From Phoronis australis (Eukaryota; Animalia; Phoronida): a DNA stretch of 64,000 bases. Under the pieces are notes generated by a model. That model ran no database searches and was not told the DNA's origin. It worked only from the letters and a program-made list of their open reading frames with translations. Position 1 is the first letter of the stretch. Every line of letters starts with the position of its first letter. This document shows, piece after piece, positions 51,805-64,000 of the stretch. Made by a program: the position numbers and the translations under genes. The stretch lies in NCBI GenBank assembly GCA_002633005.1, contig NMRA01000346.1, forward strand, positions 384,560 to 448,559, read 5' to 3'.

Positions 51805-52324
51805 CAAGGCTTGGAATTTTCCGCGGAAACGAGGATTTCCGCTTTTTTCAAATGTTCTGTCCGCGTATTTTATTATATTTCTGCGTAAAAAAAAATCGGA
51901 TTTGATATAAAATTTCCGCGGCAAATTTCTTTCTTACCACGGCGTTGCCGACGACTTTCACCTTGAAAAGCGGAAGTTGCTCTTTATGTTTCGGAGGAAC
52001 GTAAATTGTCAACATTGGCGTGGCATCTGGGATAGCGTGGTGGATTTCCTCAATGGAGGCTCGTGTGATCGTAAAGCTCAGTGACAAATACTACGACTCT
52101 GCAGCCACAAGTGTGTGAAGGTGGAAGTGGCGTACGAGCTAAAAAAGACGCAGACGCACGGTTCTGGAGGCGGTACCGTTTTTTTTTCTTTTTTTAAAAT
52201 TTTTTTTAGTCCTCCCGATTGTTGTGGGCAAAAGGTCCACACCGACTATTTCAAGGCCGGCTGCGCGCATGGTTCGGGCCTTAAAAATTTCCGCGTTTTT
52301 TGTCATTGGTCATTCCAAGCCTTG
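51805..52324. mobile_element. hAT-like MITE with a 6-bp flanking duplication
   Basis: TIR CAAGGCTTGGAAT / ATTCCAAGCCTTG. CTTTAG on both flanks (51799-51804, 52325-52330). Repeated subterminal TTTCCGCG motifs. Confidence 0.7.
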
Positions 52325-55300
52325 CTTTAGCTTTACATGTTGATACAAATTTCACGGCGAGGTGACAAGCAGAACTAACCAGGCTGTGTGCAATTTCGAG
52401 GTCTTTAGGAACTCAATACACAGTGGTACATAGCTGTATTTTGACAATAGTTTTCATACAACTAGGTGGCTGGCTAACTATTACTAAACTATTGAAACCC
52501 TGATACTTTGGTACTACCGTACTTGCTAAGTAGCAGTCAAGCGCTATGTAAGAACACAGTTTGGCATTGGAAAGTCTTTCAACGGCTTCCTTGGCACTGG
52601 GCAATGTAGCCAGTGTTCCTTGATCAAGGGATCCACGCAATCCATGAATAAGGAACCCATTATTTACTGGAGGAAACTGGTTCTCTAAATCATGGACCGC
52701 TATAAATTCAGTCAGTGACTGTTTCTTTTTTGCTTGGCGTCCTGGGTATTTTTGGTAATAATTCAGGAAGTGCCTTGTGGCCTAATTGTCCACGTCTTTA
52801 AATTTTAAGTTTTCTGATTAATCGCTATTTATTCACAGCACTTTTGTCAACTGTATTCGACTGTGTCTCAGATCATGCTGATGCAAGTGTTGCTGCCTTA
52901 TTCATCAGCCTAGCATTACCGTACTAGGTTGGCAGTCCTCATGTATATTTATCATATCGACTTTTGAGTGAAATATATTGAAAACCAGAGAGCTCAGTAA
53001 GTTCAGACTTACCAGTCAGTTAACTTTGTCCTCTACTCTTGCAGCTGAGTTGGATTCAATCCTGTTACCAGTGTAATTTAACTTGCAGCATGTTAAAAAT
53101 CGTCTGTTGACAGTCACATTTTAAGGCCAAAGACCTGATCTTTTTTAGTCAGGTGACCCATAATTTTCATTTACACTTAAACAAAAATGAAATGGAGATA
53201 ATTGCAGTTTTGGCAACTGCATTTATATCAAATTCACAGATAACTATAATATTACCATACACATTGTTTAAGTATACTTTTTATCAATCAAAAGATAAAT
53301 CAATTGAGCAATCCCATTACAGGGTCACTGCCTATATGCTTTCACTGTCCACAAATGATGTATTGCCAAAAATCTTGCCGTATTTCCTCTAAGTTAACTG
53401 TTTTCTTATTTTTTTATTACTGCAAGAGTTTACATGAAATGTGTTCTCCTGTGGGCTTGATTGGCGGTAGTCGAATATAACGTGCCCATATTTTGAGAAT
53501 CAGTTTCCTCCACTGGATAACGGGCATCAAACTGGTTCTTAAATTGTGGGTACATTATATCCGGCTATTGCCTAATTTCCTGCTGAGCAACATGCTTTCT
53601 GAACATTATCTCCAATATCGGAGATAAATTTTGAGTGGAACAAAACTTTCGTCAATTCTTTACTGATCATTTACATATTTTGTATGATTAAATTAAAAAA
53701 TCCAGTCCTGATTTACTTGGCCATGACATGATTTGTCAGCTGACCTACGTAATTTAAATATTTATAATAAAACACTGGGACTGCAAGTCAAGTAATTATA
53801 TTAGTAGGGTATTAGTAACCTAATGTTTGCCAAGTAATTAATTTTCACATATCTAATACATATTATTTGATTTCTTAGATTTTAATAGCAGTCTTGGTAT
53901 AAGCAGTTGGAACAATTCCCGATCCAGTAAAGCCAAATAATTAAAGAATTACAGAATACTTATTGTGCTGTGCTACACTAAGAAATTGAAATGTGTCTCA
54001 AACAGAAATTTTCAATACTAGTTCTTAAAATACATTAAGATTTCCTTTTTCAGTCCAGAAGTTATTCCTTTTTTTTAAAAATAAACATCACTTTACACCA
54101 AGAAACTGTGGTGCAGAAAAAACCCCAAAAATAACACATCAGCTAAAATGTGACCACCACACAACAAAAAAAAAACATTGCAGAAGTACAATTAACATGC
54201 CATGAAAACATGACCACTCAGGAGTATATGACCATGAACAAGACGTCATTCACTTGAAGCAAGATGGCAGATCCAGATTGCGAACTTTTGAGTGGCGCTG
54301 TGAGAGATCTGGTGTCTGCAATAGTCAATCATCTATGTTTCAACAGAATGCGCAGAGAAGTTTGTATTTCTTGGTGAGATATTGCTTAGCACTAAGTCCT
54401 TGCGCACCTGGTGCCGACATCATCACTTTGAGGGGTCTGGTACCCCTGGATCATCATATGCTCCTGAAGGGTCATGTGCTCCTGGTATGACGATATTTTT
54501 GCTGGTACATGATTTGGTACTGGCATGGTATGTAATATTTCTGAGAAGATTTTTATATATGTATATATCACATATTTTAGTGTTAAGGTTATCTAAAACA
54601 TTACTTATTGTTCTCCATTTTAACTGGCATGTCAAAAAGCAGGCTTTGTCAACTATTAAATGTATATCTGAAAGAAGAAAGATTCTAGATTGTTAAATAC
54701 GTTTTGTATTTACGTACGGTTATTATTATTGTAAACACATTTTTAGTCAGAATTTAATTTGTAAGACAGTAAGAGGTATATTTGTTATTCATACTAAAAC
54801 AACCCCTAGTTCAGTTTTAATGAAAACTTTTTTTAAATGAAAACTTTTTTAAATGGAATCTTTACCGGTTACCTCATAAACAGTGTTAGGAATTTTCGAT
54901 TGATCTTTTAAGTTGGTTTCTATGACATCAGCTTCCAAATATAAGGTATTTTTGTACAAAAATAGGAGTTGTATTCGTCTATGATACATTCCGCAAACAC
55001 TAGGGCTTAATATCGAAAATCCTAAGAGCATTTTCGAGATTGATGAGTAAATATTAAGTGTGGAAAGTTTCAACGAAATCCACCAAGCCATTTTTGAGAA
55101 TTCGTGTTCCTAAGTTCAAATGGAAGTCGATTTGTCGAAGCCTAGAAAAAGCCAATTAAGTTGTCAGACTTAAAATGCTCAATGTGTTTGATTAATTATT
55201 CGTCGAAAACTTGTCTTCTGTCAATATATCCTATACATGCCTTAACCATGTTCGCTATATTTCAACATTCACTCGGAATGTCAACTGAATTTGTTGTGTG

Positions 55301-56249
55301 TTATTAACTTAATTATCGCTAAAACTTGTTACCTTATGGTGGTCTCCAGTCCGACAGGCTAGGTCAACTGTGGATCTACCTAAAAGAAGGTCAGCAATTC
55401 ATCGTTATACGCAGCAGGAACTCGGAGACTAATATGAAACCAAGTATGAAACGGACTACAGAAATCGAATCGATGATTAAAGTGTGCATCAGCATGAAAA
55501 CGAAACAGCAAAATGTCAAATTACCTATCGACTTAAAATGAATTTGTGTGAGAATTTATATCTTTTCACAACTTGCTCTATTTGTGAACTCTAAGTCACA
55601 GAGGCATGCGGGGACTCTGAGCATTCGTTCTCATCGGTAGTATTTATGTAGAAGCACAACTCCCCAGGATCAAAACTGTTATGTCTTCGTTTTCCTGGCA
55701 TCTTTCTATCATGTTCACCTCATTGACTCAATATTATGTTTACTCTGTGAATGAAAGGATTGAGGGTTCTAGTATGCATTTTATTGCCTCTAGGTGTGGT
55801 CTTTGAAATCAAAAGTTACTTTTTGGACATAGGGCTAATTTATAATGGGAAATAATTGAGAAATCAAAGCTGCTTTCCATTGCCTGCCAAGGCTTTGGTG
55901 AAAATCAAATGTGTGCGTGTATTAGATGAGACTGGTTTTTAACCACGAATGTCATCAAATTTTAAATGTGTGATCATTTCATTTTCAAAATTTCCAGATC
56001 TAGGTCTGGTGTATGAGACATCCAAACCCATATTAATTTTACCAAGTTAGACTAGTTGTAGTTTTGACTGTATGTAACTGGTTGTCTTATGAGTGAGTTA
56101 TCTCACAGTGAAGGATGACCAATATTCTTGTTTGGTTAAGTGGAGGCAATATTATGTTAATGGTAGTTAACACATCAGAGGATAAATAAACATGTCCCTG
56201 TACAAATCCAAACTCATGAAGATGATGAGTTCAGCCAACCTTACAGAAC

Positions 56250-57500
56250 ACTGACATTAGTGTGAACTGAATGTCTGTGGTTGTAGTCAGATCTCCTGCC
56301 TGTGAACATGTCTTCCTGCTGGGAAACCACTGATCATCCAGAGGAAGTTGTCTACTACTGGCAGCTTGGTGTATTTCTTTACTTTCTGTCACCAGACAGG
56401 CATTTGGTCCAGTTGATCTTGATCAACTTCCTGTGTGATTCAGAATTGAAACTTATTGGTTTCTTACTTGCATGATGCCATGTTAACTTAATTTGCTTTT
56501 GCATGTCCAAAAATTCCAAGTGCAGGAAGTACCAGGAAACATTGACTGAAGAACCTATCAATGAACTCTCATTTGGGCCTCAATGTCATTTAGTCAGGAG
56601 ACAACAATTGGAATGTTTGTTAATCATTGTGTAGGCTAGTACCTGGTAAAATTCTCTCCATAGGTTTTTCTGTCCTGTTTTTAATTAGTTATCTGTATGC
56701 CAGTGGCCTTACAAATAAAGTTTCCATTGAGAAAATGTGCCTTAAGTCTAAAGAAGTTCACATTTTACCGAGCTTACTGAAGAATTGCATTTTCTCAAAT
56801 GAAAGTGATCACGTGACGTTGAGTGGCATGTTGTTGATTGAACTCCTCAGGAGTCTGTTTAATCTTGTTTTGGGCTGCATGTGTATTTGAAATGCATGTA
56901 AGTTGTCTCGGAGAGCTTAACTTGCAAAAAACTACCGTATATACTGATTTATTAGTATCTGATAGTGTCCACCTCTGTTCTGGTGCATAGTGTTTGCTGT
57001 GCCTGCAAATCTATTTGGTTTGCTGGAGACTCCTGGAATTGATTTTTTAACTAGGCCAATCAATCATAGTATGTCCTGTGTTTCTTGCATAGCCCTGGGA
57101 CTGCGAACTATTATTGATCTCTAGTAGAGGACTTTCTATGTGTGAGACTTACTAGTTTAAATAGACCTACAGCCTCATTTGTTCTGACCCTGGATACATG
57201 CCTTAGGGCCAGTTGCATATGAAACATATCATGCTCCAAATGCAAATGAGCTTATGTCATTGCTTAGGGTGCTGTCTTGCCTGAGGGAGTGCGGCAAATG
57301 TCTCAGTTGTTTGGTTTCCTTCATCTCTAGAGTGTGAATTGTTGTAGTATGTGGCTGATGGCTGCTGGTAGCCACTGACCATTAATTGCATCACCTGACA
57401 AAAGCAAATCTCTGGTGTGTTTCTGTGCACTACATTTACCCTGATTACTATGATTGTTGTATGCAGGTTAGTGAGTATCTTAGTGCAAGCAGGGTAACAG
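56250..57500 (-). mobile_element. Very old RTE-like LINE reverse-transcriptase remnant
   Basis: Scattered frameshifted motifs in the expected order: KG...N.R.I.LLS (~57400), V..F..LG (~56750), RKLIKINW (~56420). Confidence 0.3.
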
Positions 57501-58664
57501 TGAGACAAGGTAACTTTTACTTGAGGCTGACAGCAGAGCCCCCTGGCTCTGTCTTAGTTGTTTGCAAAGGAAATAGTAACTAGTGTGTATAATTAACATA
57601 GGTGCACAGTGTACACCCACTGGAACATTTATATTTAAACTTGATGCCCAGTGACATGTGGGCTTACCAGTCACCTTGAAAACGAGAACAAAAAATACCA
57701 ACAAAGGAAGTTTTTTTTCATGAGTTGCCATATTTTGTACCTGCAGAGTGACTTGGGTGATTTTCAATTGATAATTACAAGCATAGCCTGGTTTCTGACT
57801 TAATATTTGAATCAAAACCCAAGCTCTTTACTGGTTTACGGTCAACTTTTCTGTGCTTCTGGTGTTTTCTTGTAAAAATCCCATGTCAGTTCAGGGTTCC
57901 AATTTCCATTGCTGCTTGACACTTGACTGTCTTGTGCCATACCAGTTGCATGATGCCCTGTCCTAGTTATGTTTCTCAGTTATTTAACTCAAACCCTATG
58001 TCATTCATACCAGCTGATCAGATTTGTTGAAAGAGCTTGTCATACATGGTTTCTTTTCATTGATGGTGAATGCTTTTCACCCTGTCAGACAATGGCTGTA
58101 TGCAAGATCTAAATTTTTTCATTCATCTTCTCTGGCATACCTAGAATTCCTTAGTGGTCAGTTGCTGACCTACTTCTTTGTGCTTTCTGCAGTCCTGTAT
58201 AGTTTCTCTAATTTGGGACAGTAAAACATAAATTATTTTGTTCAGGGTCACAGCATGTCCCAAATTCAAAAAATCGGCAATATTGGCAATCCTAATTTCA
58301 ATAATCCCTGGAAAGACGCCAAAAATCCCCATGTTCGAAATTCTGGAATCAAATGTGTAGCCTACAATGAACACTTCATTTGTTTATACTTTGTAATATC
58401 TTCTGGGCAGTCTTACATATACTTTGTTTTAATTTGGAGTGATTTGGTGATTAATTTACTGGGATTACCAACCCAAACAATCTGTGTATGGTGTACAGCA
58501 CAGGCTTTGGAACAAGCAATTATTCTAACTGGCATGGCGACCAATTTCTTATCCCCATCGATTGTTTTAACCACTAGTGATGAATCAAGTGCTAAAGATA
58601 TAGGACTTGTTCGTAAAACAGTGATCATTGTACTGATACTTAAAAACTACCAACGTACCCATAT

Positions 58665-60648
58665 CATAGGCGGATTTAGGGGGGGGGGCGAGTCCCCCCC
58701 TTGGCTGCCGCAAGCAAAAATGCAACAGCAAGAGCGTGAAGCGCGAGGAAATATTAAGTAAAGCAACTAGGACGCGAAGAAGGGGCGCCTCAGATCGCAG
58801 CGGTCCTGTTTTTTTTATGCGCCCACGTATTTATGCCGTCATTTCCGTCATTCTGGCGTCCGTCCGTCCAGCGTCCGTCCGTCCGGCATCTTTTTATCTC
58901 CAAAACGCCTTGACGTATGTTCATGAAATTTTGCACATGTGTTCTTTCCATGGATGGGACGGCATGAGTGAACTTTCGGACGAATCTGACTACCGGTGTG
59001 CCCCCTAGTGGCAATTTTATTTTTTTACGTTTACCTCTATCTTCAAAAGTCCTGAACAGATTTTCATAAAATTTGGTTTATAGGCACCTATTATTGAGAT
59101 GACGCTACCTTCCGTTTTCAGATGGATTTGACTTAGTTTGCACCACCTAGTGGCCATTTTTACTGTTTTGTTTTTTGTGTCCACCCCTCTATCAACCAAA
59201 CCGCTCAAAGGATGAGTGTGAAAATTGACATGTATGTTCTTACTATAAAGTGGACGACTGACAATGATTTTCTGACGACTTCGACTACTGTGGCGCCTCC
59301 TAGTGGCAGTTTTTTTTTGCGCCTATGGCTGTATTCCCTAAACCGTTCACAGGATCTTTACTAAATTTAGTAAGTGTATTTATATGTTAGCAATGGAGGA
59401 CGACAACTTTTAAACGTATCTCACTACTGGTGTGCCACCTAGTGGCAATTTTATTTTTTTACGTTTACCTCTGTAAATTCAAAGGTCCTCAAGGTATTTT
59501 CATAATATAAGGCTTACAGGCATCTGTTAATGAGATGATGCTATCTCTCCATTTTCAGATGGATTTAACCTAGTTTGCGCCTCCTGGTGGCCTTTTTTTA
59601 CTGTTTTCGAGTTTTTTGGCGTCCACTTGTCTATCAACCAAACCGCTTTCAAAATAATTGTGAAATTTTGCATGTATGTTTTTACTATGAAGTGGACGGC
59701 TGACGACGATTTTCCGATTTTCCGACAAGGTCAACTACTGTGACGCCTCCTAGTGGCAGTTTTATTTTTTGTGCTCATTACTGTATCCATTAAACAGTTT
59801 GCACGATCTTTACTTAATTTAGCAAGTGTATTTATATGACGATTTTCGGTTGTATCTGACTTGTAGTGTGCCCCCTAGTGGCAATTTTAGTTTTTTACGT
59901 TTACCAGTCTGTATCTTCAAAGGTCCTCAACAGATTTTCTTAATATTTTGAATATAGGCATCTATTGGTGAGATGATTCTATCATCCTGTTTTTCGATGG
60001 AATCGAGGTATTTTGCGCCACCTGGTGGCCATTTTTTGCTGTTTTCAAATCTTGTTTTTGCCGTCCACTCCTCGATCAACCATTTCATTTTAGGGATGGT
60101 TTTGAAAATTGGTGTATATGTTTTCAGTGTGAAGAGGGCATTTGATGATGGCGACTGACTAATGTGACGCTTCCTAGTGGTAGTTTTGTTTTGTTTTGCG
60201 CCCATAGCTGTATCTCCAAAATCTACTGCAGGATCTTTATTAAATATAGTAAGTGAATTTATATGAAGACGACAACTTTCAGGCGGATGGAACGGACACT
60301 GTGCCCACAAGCGGCAATTTCATTTTGCTCCGTTTTCCTTTGTTTCTCTGATGTTCCTTGATAGATTTTTATGAACTATGGCATGCTTCCGTTTTTGGAA
60401 GGATTGTACTTTTTTGCACCAGCTAGTGGCCATTTTTATGATACAAATAAATAACCCTAAAAGCACACCATTTGGGATGCATCCGTGGGCGCATTTCAAT
60501 GCTCCGCATTGCTCAATTAGTCCTCCGGTAGATTTTCTGAGATGGTTCACATACCCGGTTCCCGCAACTTCAGCCCTGCTGCACATGCAATCGTCGCACT
60601 TTGCCCGGTTCCCCGAGACAACATGTTGGGCCCCTAGATCCGCCACTG
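58665..60648. mobile_element. hAT-like MITE (CAGTGGCGGATCTAGGG-type TIRs) enclosing the Helentron-type element
   Basis: CATAGGCGGATTTAGGGG at 58665 versus the reverse complement of CCCCTAGATCCGCCACTG (60631-60648). No TSD detected. Confidence 0.45.
58809..60521 (+). mobile_element. Helentron-associated non-autonomous element (HINE/DINE-1-like) with an internal tandem array
   Basis: T-run, subterminal IR ATGCGCCCACG (58817-58827) paired with CGTGGGCGCAT (60484-60494), (GTCC)n microsatellite near the 5' end, 3' hairpin CAATGC-tcc-GCATTG (60497-60511) then TAGT. Central ~435-bp repeat x3.3, built from ~145-bp subunits. Confidence 0.8.
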
Positions 60649-61516
60649 TGTATTCAGACATTGGCTGTTTGCACGGTTTCAGCAGACTATGATGTCTTGC
60701 CTATCCTCAAGTAACAGCCTGTGCCCAATGGGCATTTGGTTGGTCATTACAAGAAGCAACAAATGTCAAATATTACTGTCCCATCTGTGAACTATCAAAA
60801 CTCCCACTGACACTACAATATATCTGAGTTTCCTCAAGTTTTTGGGATAGGATGTACAAAGTGTCATGACCTCTGAGGTTGCTCCTAAGTAGATTTAATC
60901 TTTCCCCACTATAGGGTAATTGTTAATCTCTGTAGTTGATGCCTCTTGACCTATATTGAGATGAGTTGTGTTGGGCTGTTTGTCTTGGGGGTTACATGCT
61001 TTCCCATTGACACAAACTTGTTAAAAAAATTGCAATGTTGGTGGAAAAGCGACATTTTCCTCTTTCTTATACCTATATGTCTGAAATACAACTTCTGTTG
61101 AAGCGGCAATGAATCCACATTAATTCCATGACAAAAACCGACTTCTGAATTAGACCACATGCCATTATGAAATAGGTCTCCGATTGTTGCTCAGTCAATT
61201 TTGGAGGTGAATTCAGGGACTGGAAAGAACTCCCAGTTATTCCTCCAGACCAAGCTCATAAACTTTCAGGTCATTCTGTGTCACGAAGCTGACTTCCTTT
61301 CTTGAAATTTGCTTATGAAATTAGATGCTTACTTTAAGTTGAGAAACTCAGATATTTCACTTCCGCTCACTCGCTCAGTTTCTGGTTGTGAAAGCTCATT
61401 TGTCAACTTGGTTTACTTCCAAGTAAGTCACCTAAAAGTAAACCTGTTGCATTGTATTGCAGCTGGATAACCCTGAGGGCACTTGGATGTCTGCTGTGTG
61501 ACACTCTTTAGCCACC

Positions 61517-61727
61517 ATGTCAGTAACTGGCGAGTCTCTAAGCGAGACTGGCTCGGGGAGCTTCTGGGAGGTCGGTCAGTACAAACGGACTGTAAGGAGA
61601 ATCGAAGATGGCAACCGGCTGTGCAATGACCTGATGACGCTGATACATGAAAGGAGTGAAATTGAAAAGGCGTATGCAAAAAGTTTACGACACTGGTCGA
61701 AAAAATGGAATGATCTCATCACCAAAG
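61517..61727 (+). CDS. PACSIN: PACSIN/syndapin (F-BAR domain) first coding exon; the gene continues beyond the window
   Basis: Kozak [66 protein letters not shown] is the conserved PACSIN FCH N-terminus. Acceptor TTGCAG at 61457-61462, phase-1 donor G|GTAGGC at 61727/61728. Confidence 0.93.
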
Positions 61728-62529
61728 GTAGGCCACTGAATGTTTACTCAAATTTTGAGTAACGGTATGCTCTTTCGGGCTGTTAAATTAAGACTATGAG
61801 ATGTACTCTTTTAAAGACGCCACTATAGTGTGGACTACGTAATGTTAAAAGAGGTTGTCAGTGGATGAGATTATTGACCACTGTGACTGGGGCAGAGTTA
61901 TGACCATTGTAACCAAAAACTCTCCCTTGCTAGTTCTGTTTTAATCTTGGCTGACATGTGCCTTGTTTGGTAAAATGCCTGCAATTTGTGACACACGTAA
62001 TTGCCAGAATAATACTTTCTTGAATCTTCAGTTTTCAAGGGCTTCTAACACTGTTGTCAGTGACCGCAATTTTTCAAACTAGTGCCTGTTGGTAGCTATG
62101 GTACAGAACTTGAACCATCGTTTTGGCACTGTGCATCATTTATGAAAAAATGAGAAAATGAAGTTTCTTTAGTCCGCCATTGTGTGCTAAATGGCTGAGA
62201 TTTCCTGGTAAATCTTGCAGTTAGCTGACAAGTGCCATGAAAATATTTAAATTGTGTCACTTGGTTGTCATTTTGTGACATGAATGAAAATAATTTAGAG
62301 CCCTTTAAGTTCAATTCCGGAGGTCAGTGATCATAAAATAACCATTTCATCACTTGGTTTAAGAAGCCTAGATAGTGACCACAATCCTCTGGTTCAGGGT
62401 AGGGCTCTGGCAGGTGTTCATTGTCGGCACCATACCCAATACTGAAACAAAAATAATATCATATTGTATCGAAACGAAAAGTACTTCTTGTCTGAAATAT
62501 TACTTTGAAAACTGAAAGTGTGGTTGAGA

Positions 62530-62769
62530 TATAAATATAAAATAATTGCAGGCGGTCTGATACACGTTGTACCAGACTTGCGCAGGCCTCGCATGTGGGC
62601 CCATTGCACTGATCACCTGGGAATATTTTTGTGCTTTATTAATATATGGTTAAAACCGAGCTGAGGAGCTAGAAACCTGGCTCAGGGCTTTAGCAGTGTG
62701 ACCTGGTGGGACTCGAACCCACGACCTCGAGTAAAGAAAGCGGGCACTTATCAGCCAGGCCACACTGCC
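62530..62769 (-). mobile_element. tRNA-derived SINE in a PACSIN intron
   Basis: Minus strand reads GGCAGTGTGGCCTGGCTGA (A-box-like)...GGTTCGAGTCCC (B box)...CACACTGC, followed by a GCCCTGAGC body and an AT-rich tail. Confidence 0.65.
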
Positions 62770-64000
62770 TTCTCCAGATATATCACCTTGCTTTGTTTTT
62801 TTTAATTCAGTAATCTGTGACTTGTTTGTTCATATTGCAGGCTGATGTGGAAAATAGCTATACACTGTATATCAATTGTTGCCAGAACAGTTGCACATTA
62901 CTGGCATAGACTCAGCCTTAGGCTGTCCAAATTAACTTACCATGTTCACCCTAATAAGTCTCATGGCTTTATAAGCACCCCCACAGGTTTTCAGACCTTC
63001 TCCGAAATAAGCGCCCAGCTTATGAATGAGTACATGCAAAAATGAGTTACCTACTGTTTTAAAGTTCTACAGTATTGTCTTCACTTTATCAACAAGATCT
63101 AGCAGTCCTGAAAAGATCATTATGCGTGGAATTTCGAGACAATGAGCCTCGCCGCTATGTCGGTATTTAGACGCGACTATACACTTCAAACTTCTGTCGT
63201 GCTTCAAAACGAACTGACGCAAGTTTTGCTGATCTCGCATGGTATGTGTCTCACTATGGTATGGCCTTTCAGAACCGACACAGTGTACTTGTCAACAGGA
63301 CTTAATGTTCTTGTACAAAAACTTTTGCATTAGTCTTAAGAAGAATTGTTTTATTAACCTCAACAGGATTCCAAATTTCTTAGTACACGTGGACACTGCG
63401 AATTAAAGCGTGCCAGTCAGCTGACTACGTTCTCACAAAAAAAATTGGTGTGTGAAGCACGTGGCCAGGAAGCAGACGTGGCCAGGAAGCACAGGCTACA
63501 TACCTGTAATCGCAGACAATAGTCTTTGGAGACAATCTGTTCATGAAACAACAAGTGGCGTAGCCTGGACAAGAAATAGAAATTTCCGAAAGTTTCTAAT
63601 ATTGTAAAAATCATTTGCGTTTTTTAATGGGAATTATTTAATGAATCATAATTCATGTTTTTAAAGTAAAATATCTTGTAAAATGACCCACTGATAGCGA
63701 ACACTTCTGCACCCTTAACCCAAATCTCCAGGAACTTAAATAACTGTCAGACATGCACCCAGTCACCCAGCGACTGAATGACATTAGTATATTCGGCCTT
63801 ACCGAGACAGTCTCAAATGTTTTAATTGTACATGCGACCAGCTAGTATTAAATAAAGCACATTCTGTACACTGATGACATACACGCGCTCGCTCACTCTC
63901 ACGCACACGCAGACGACCTTCCGAAAAAACGTCACATGACAACAACGTGTGTTCGTCTAAAGATTTTTCTCATGTACAATCTTGCACAGATTTGGACTTA

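Noticed and set aside
51960-52140. CpG-rich stretch as a native PACSIN promoter
   Set aside because: It lies inside the TIR/TSD-bounded MITE at 51805-52324, so its composition is explained by the transposon.
58990-60430. CRISPR-like regularly spaced conserved motif
   Set aside because: The spacers are homologous to each other (tandem repeat), the context is eukaryotic, and there are no cas genes.
62693-62769. Functional tRNA gene
   Set aside because: The D- and anticodon arms do not pair properly, and the sequence continues into a SINE-like body.

Overview
This is AT-rich, intron-containing animal (probably marine invertebrate) genomic DNA from a draft assembly. It has one 440-N gap and five single-N joins, four of which duplicate flanking sequence. 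Two host genes are supportable, arranged head-to-head. The first is a complete 4-exon minus-strand gene (45517->41765, ~581 aa) for a JmjC/cupin 2-oxoglutarate-Fe(II) dioxygenase with an intact HxD...H triad, an N-terminal signal peptide, nine N-glycosylation sequons, a thioredoxin/PDI-like N-terminal region and an ERSE-like promoter motif. The second is the first coding exon of PACSIN/syndapin (61517-61727, +). Most of the rest is decayed, nested mobile DNA: a P-superfamily THAP element (TIRs, 7-bp TSD), a Kolobok-like THAP element (TTAA), further THAP remnants, hAT-like MITEs with 5- and 6-bp flanking duplications, an internally deleted Copia element with one LTR, a duplicated intron-containing DUF7869-like putative transposase, two Penelope-like elements with GIY-YIG, hammerhead-like motif and ORF restart, pogo, LINE and tRNA-SINE remnants, and a Helentron-type non-autonomous element whose internal tandem array carries ~11 co-oriented CTCF-like motifs at ~145-bp spacing. 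All family assignments are by motif recognition from memory; no database search was run.
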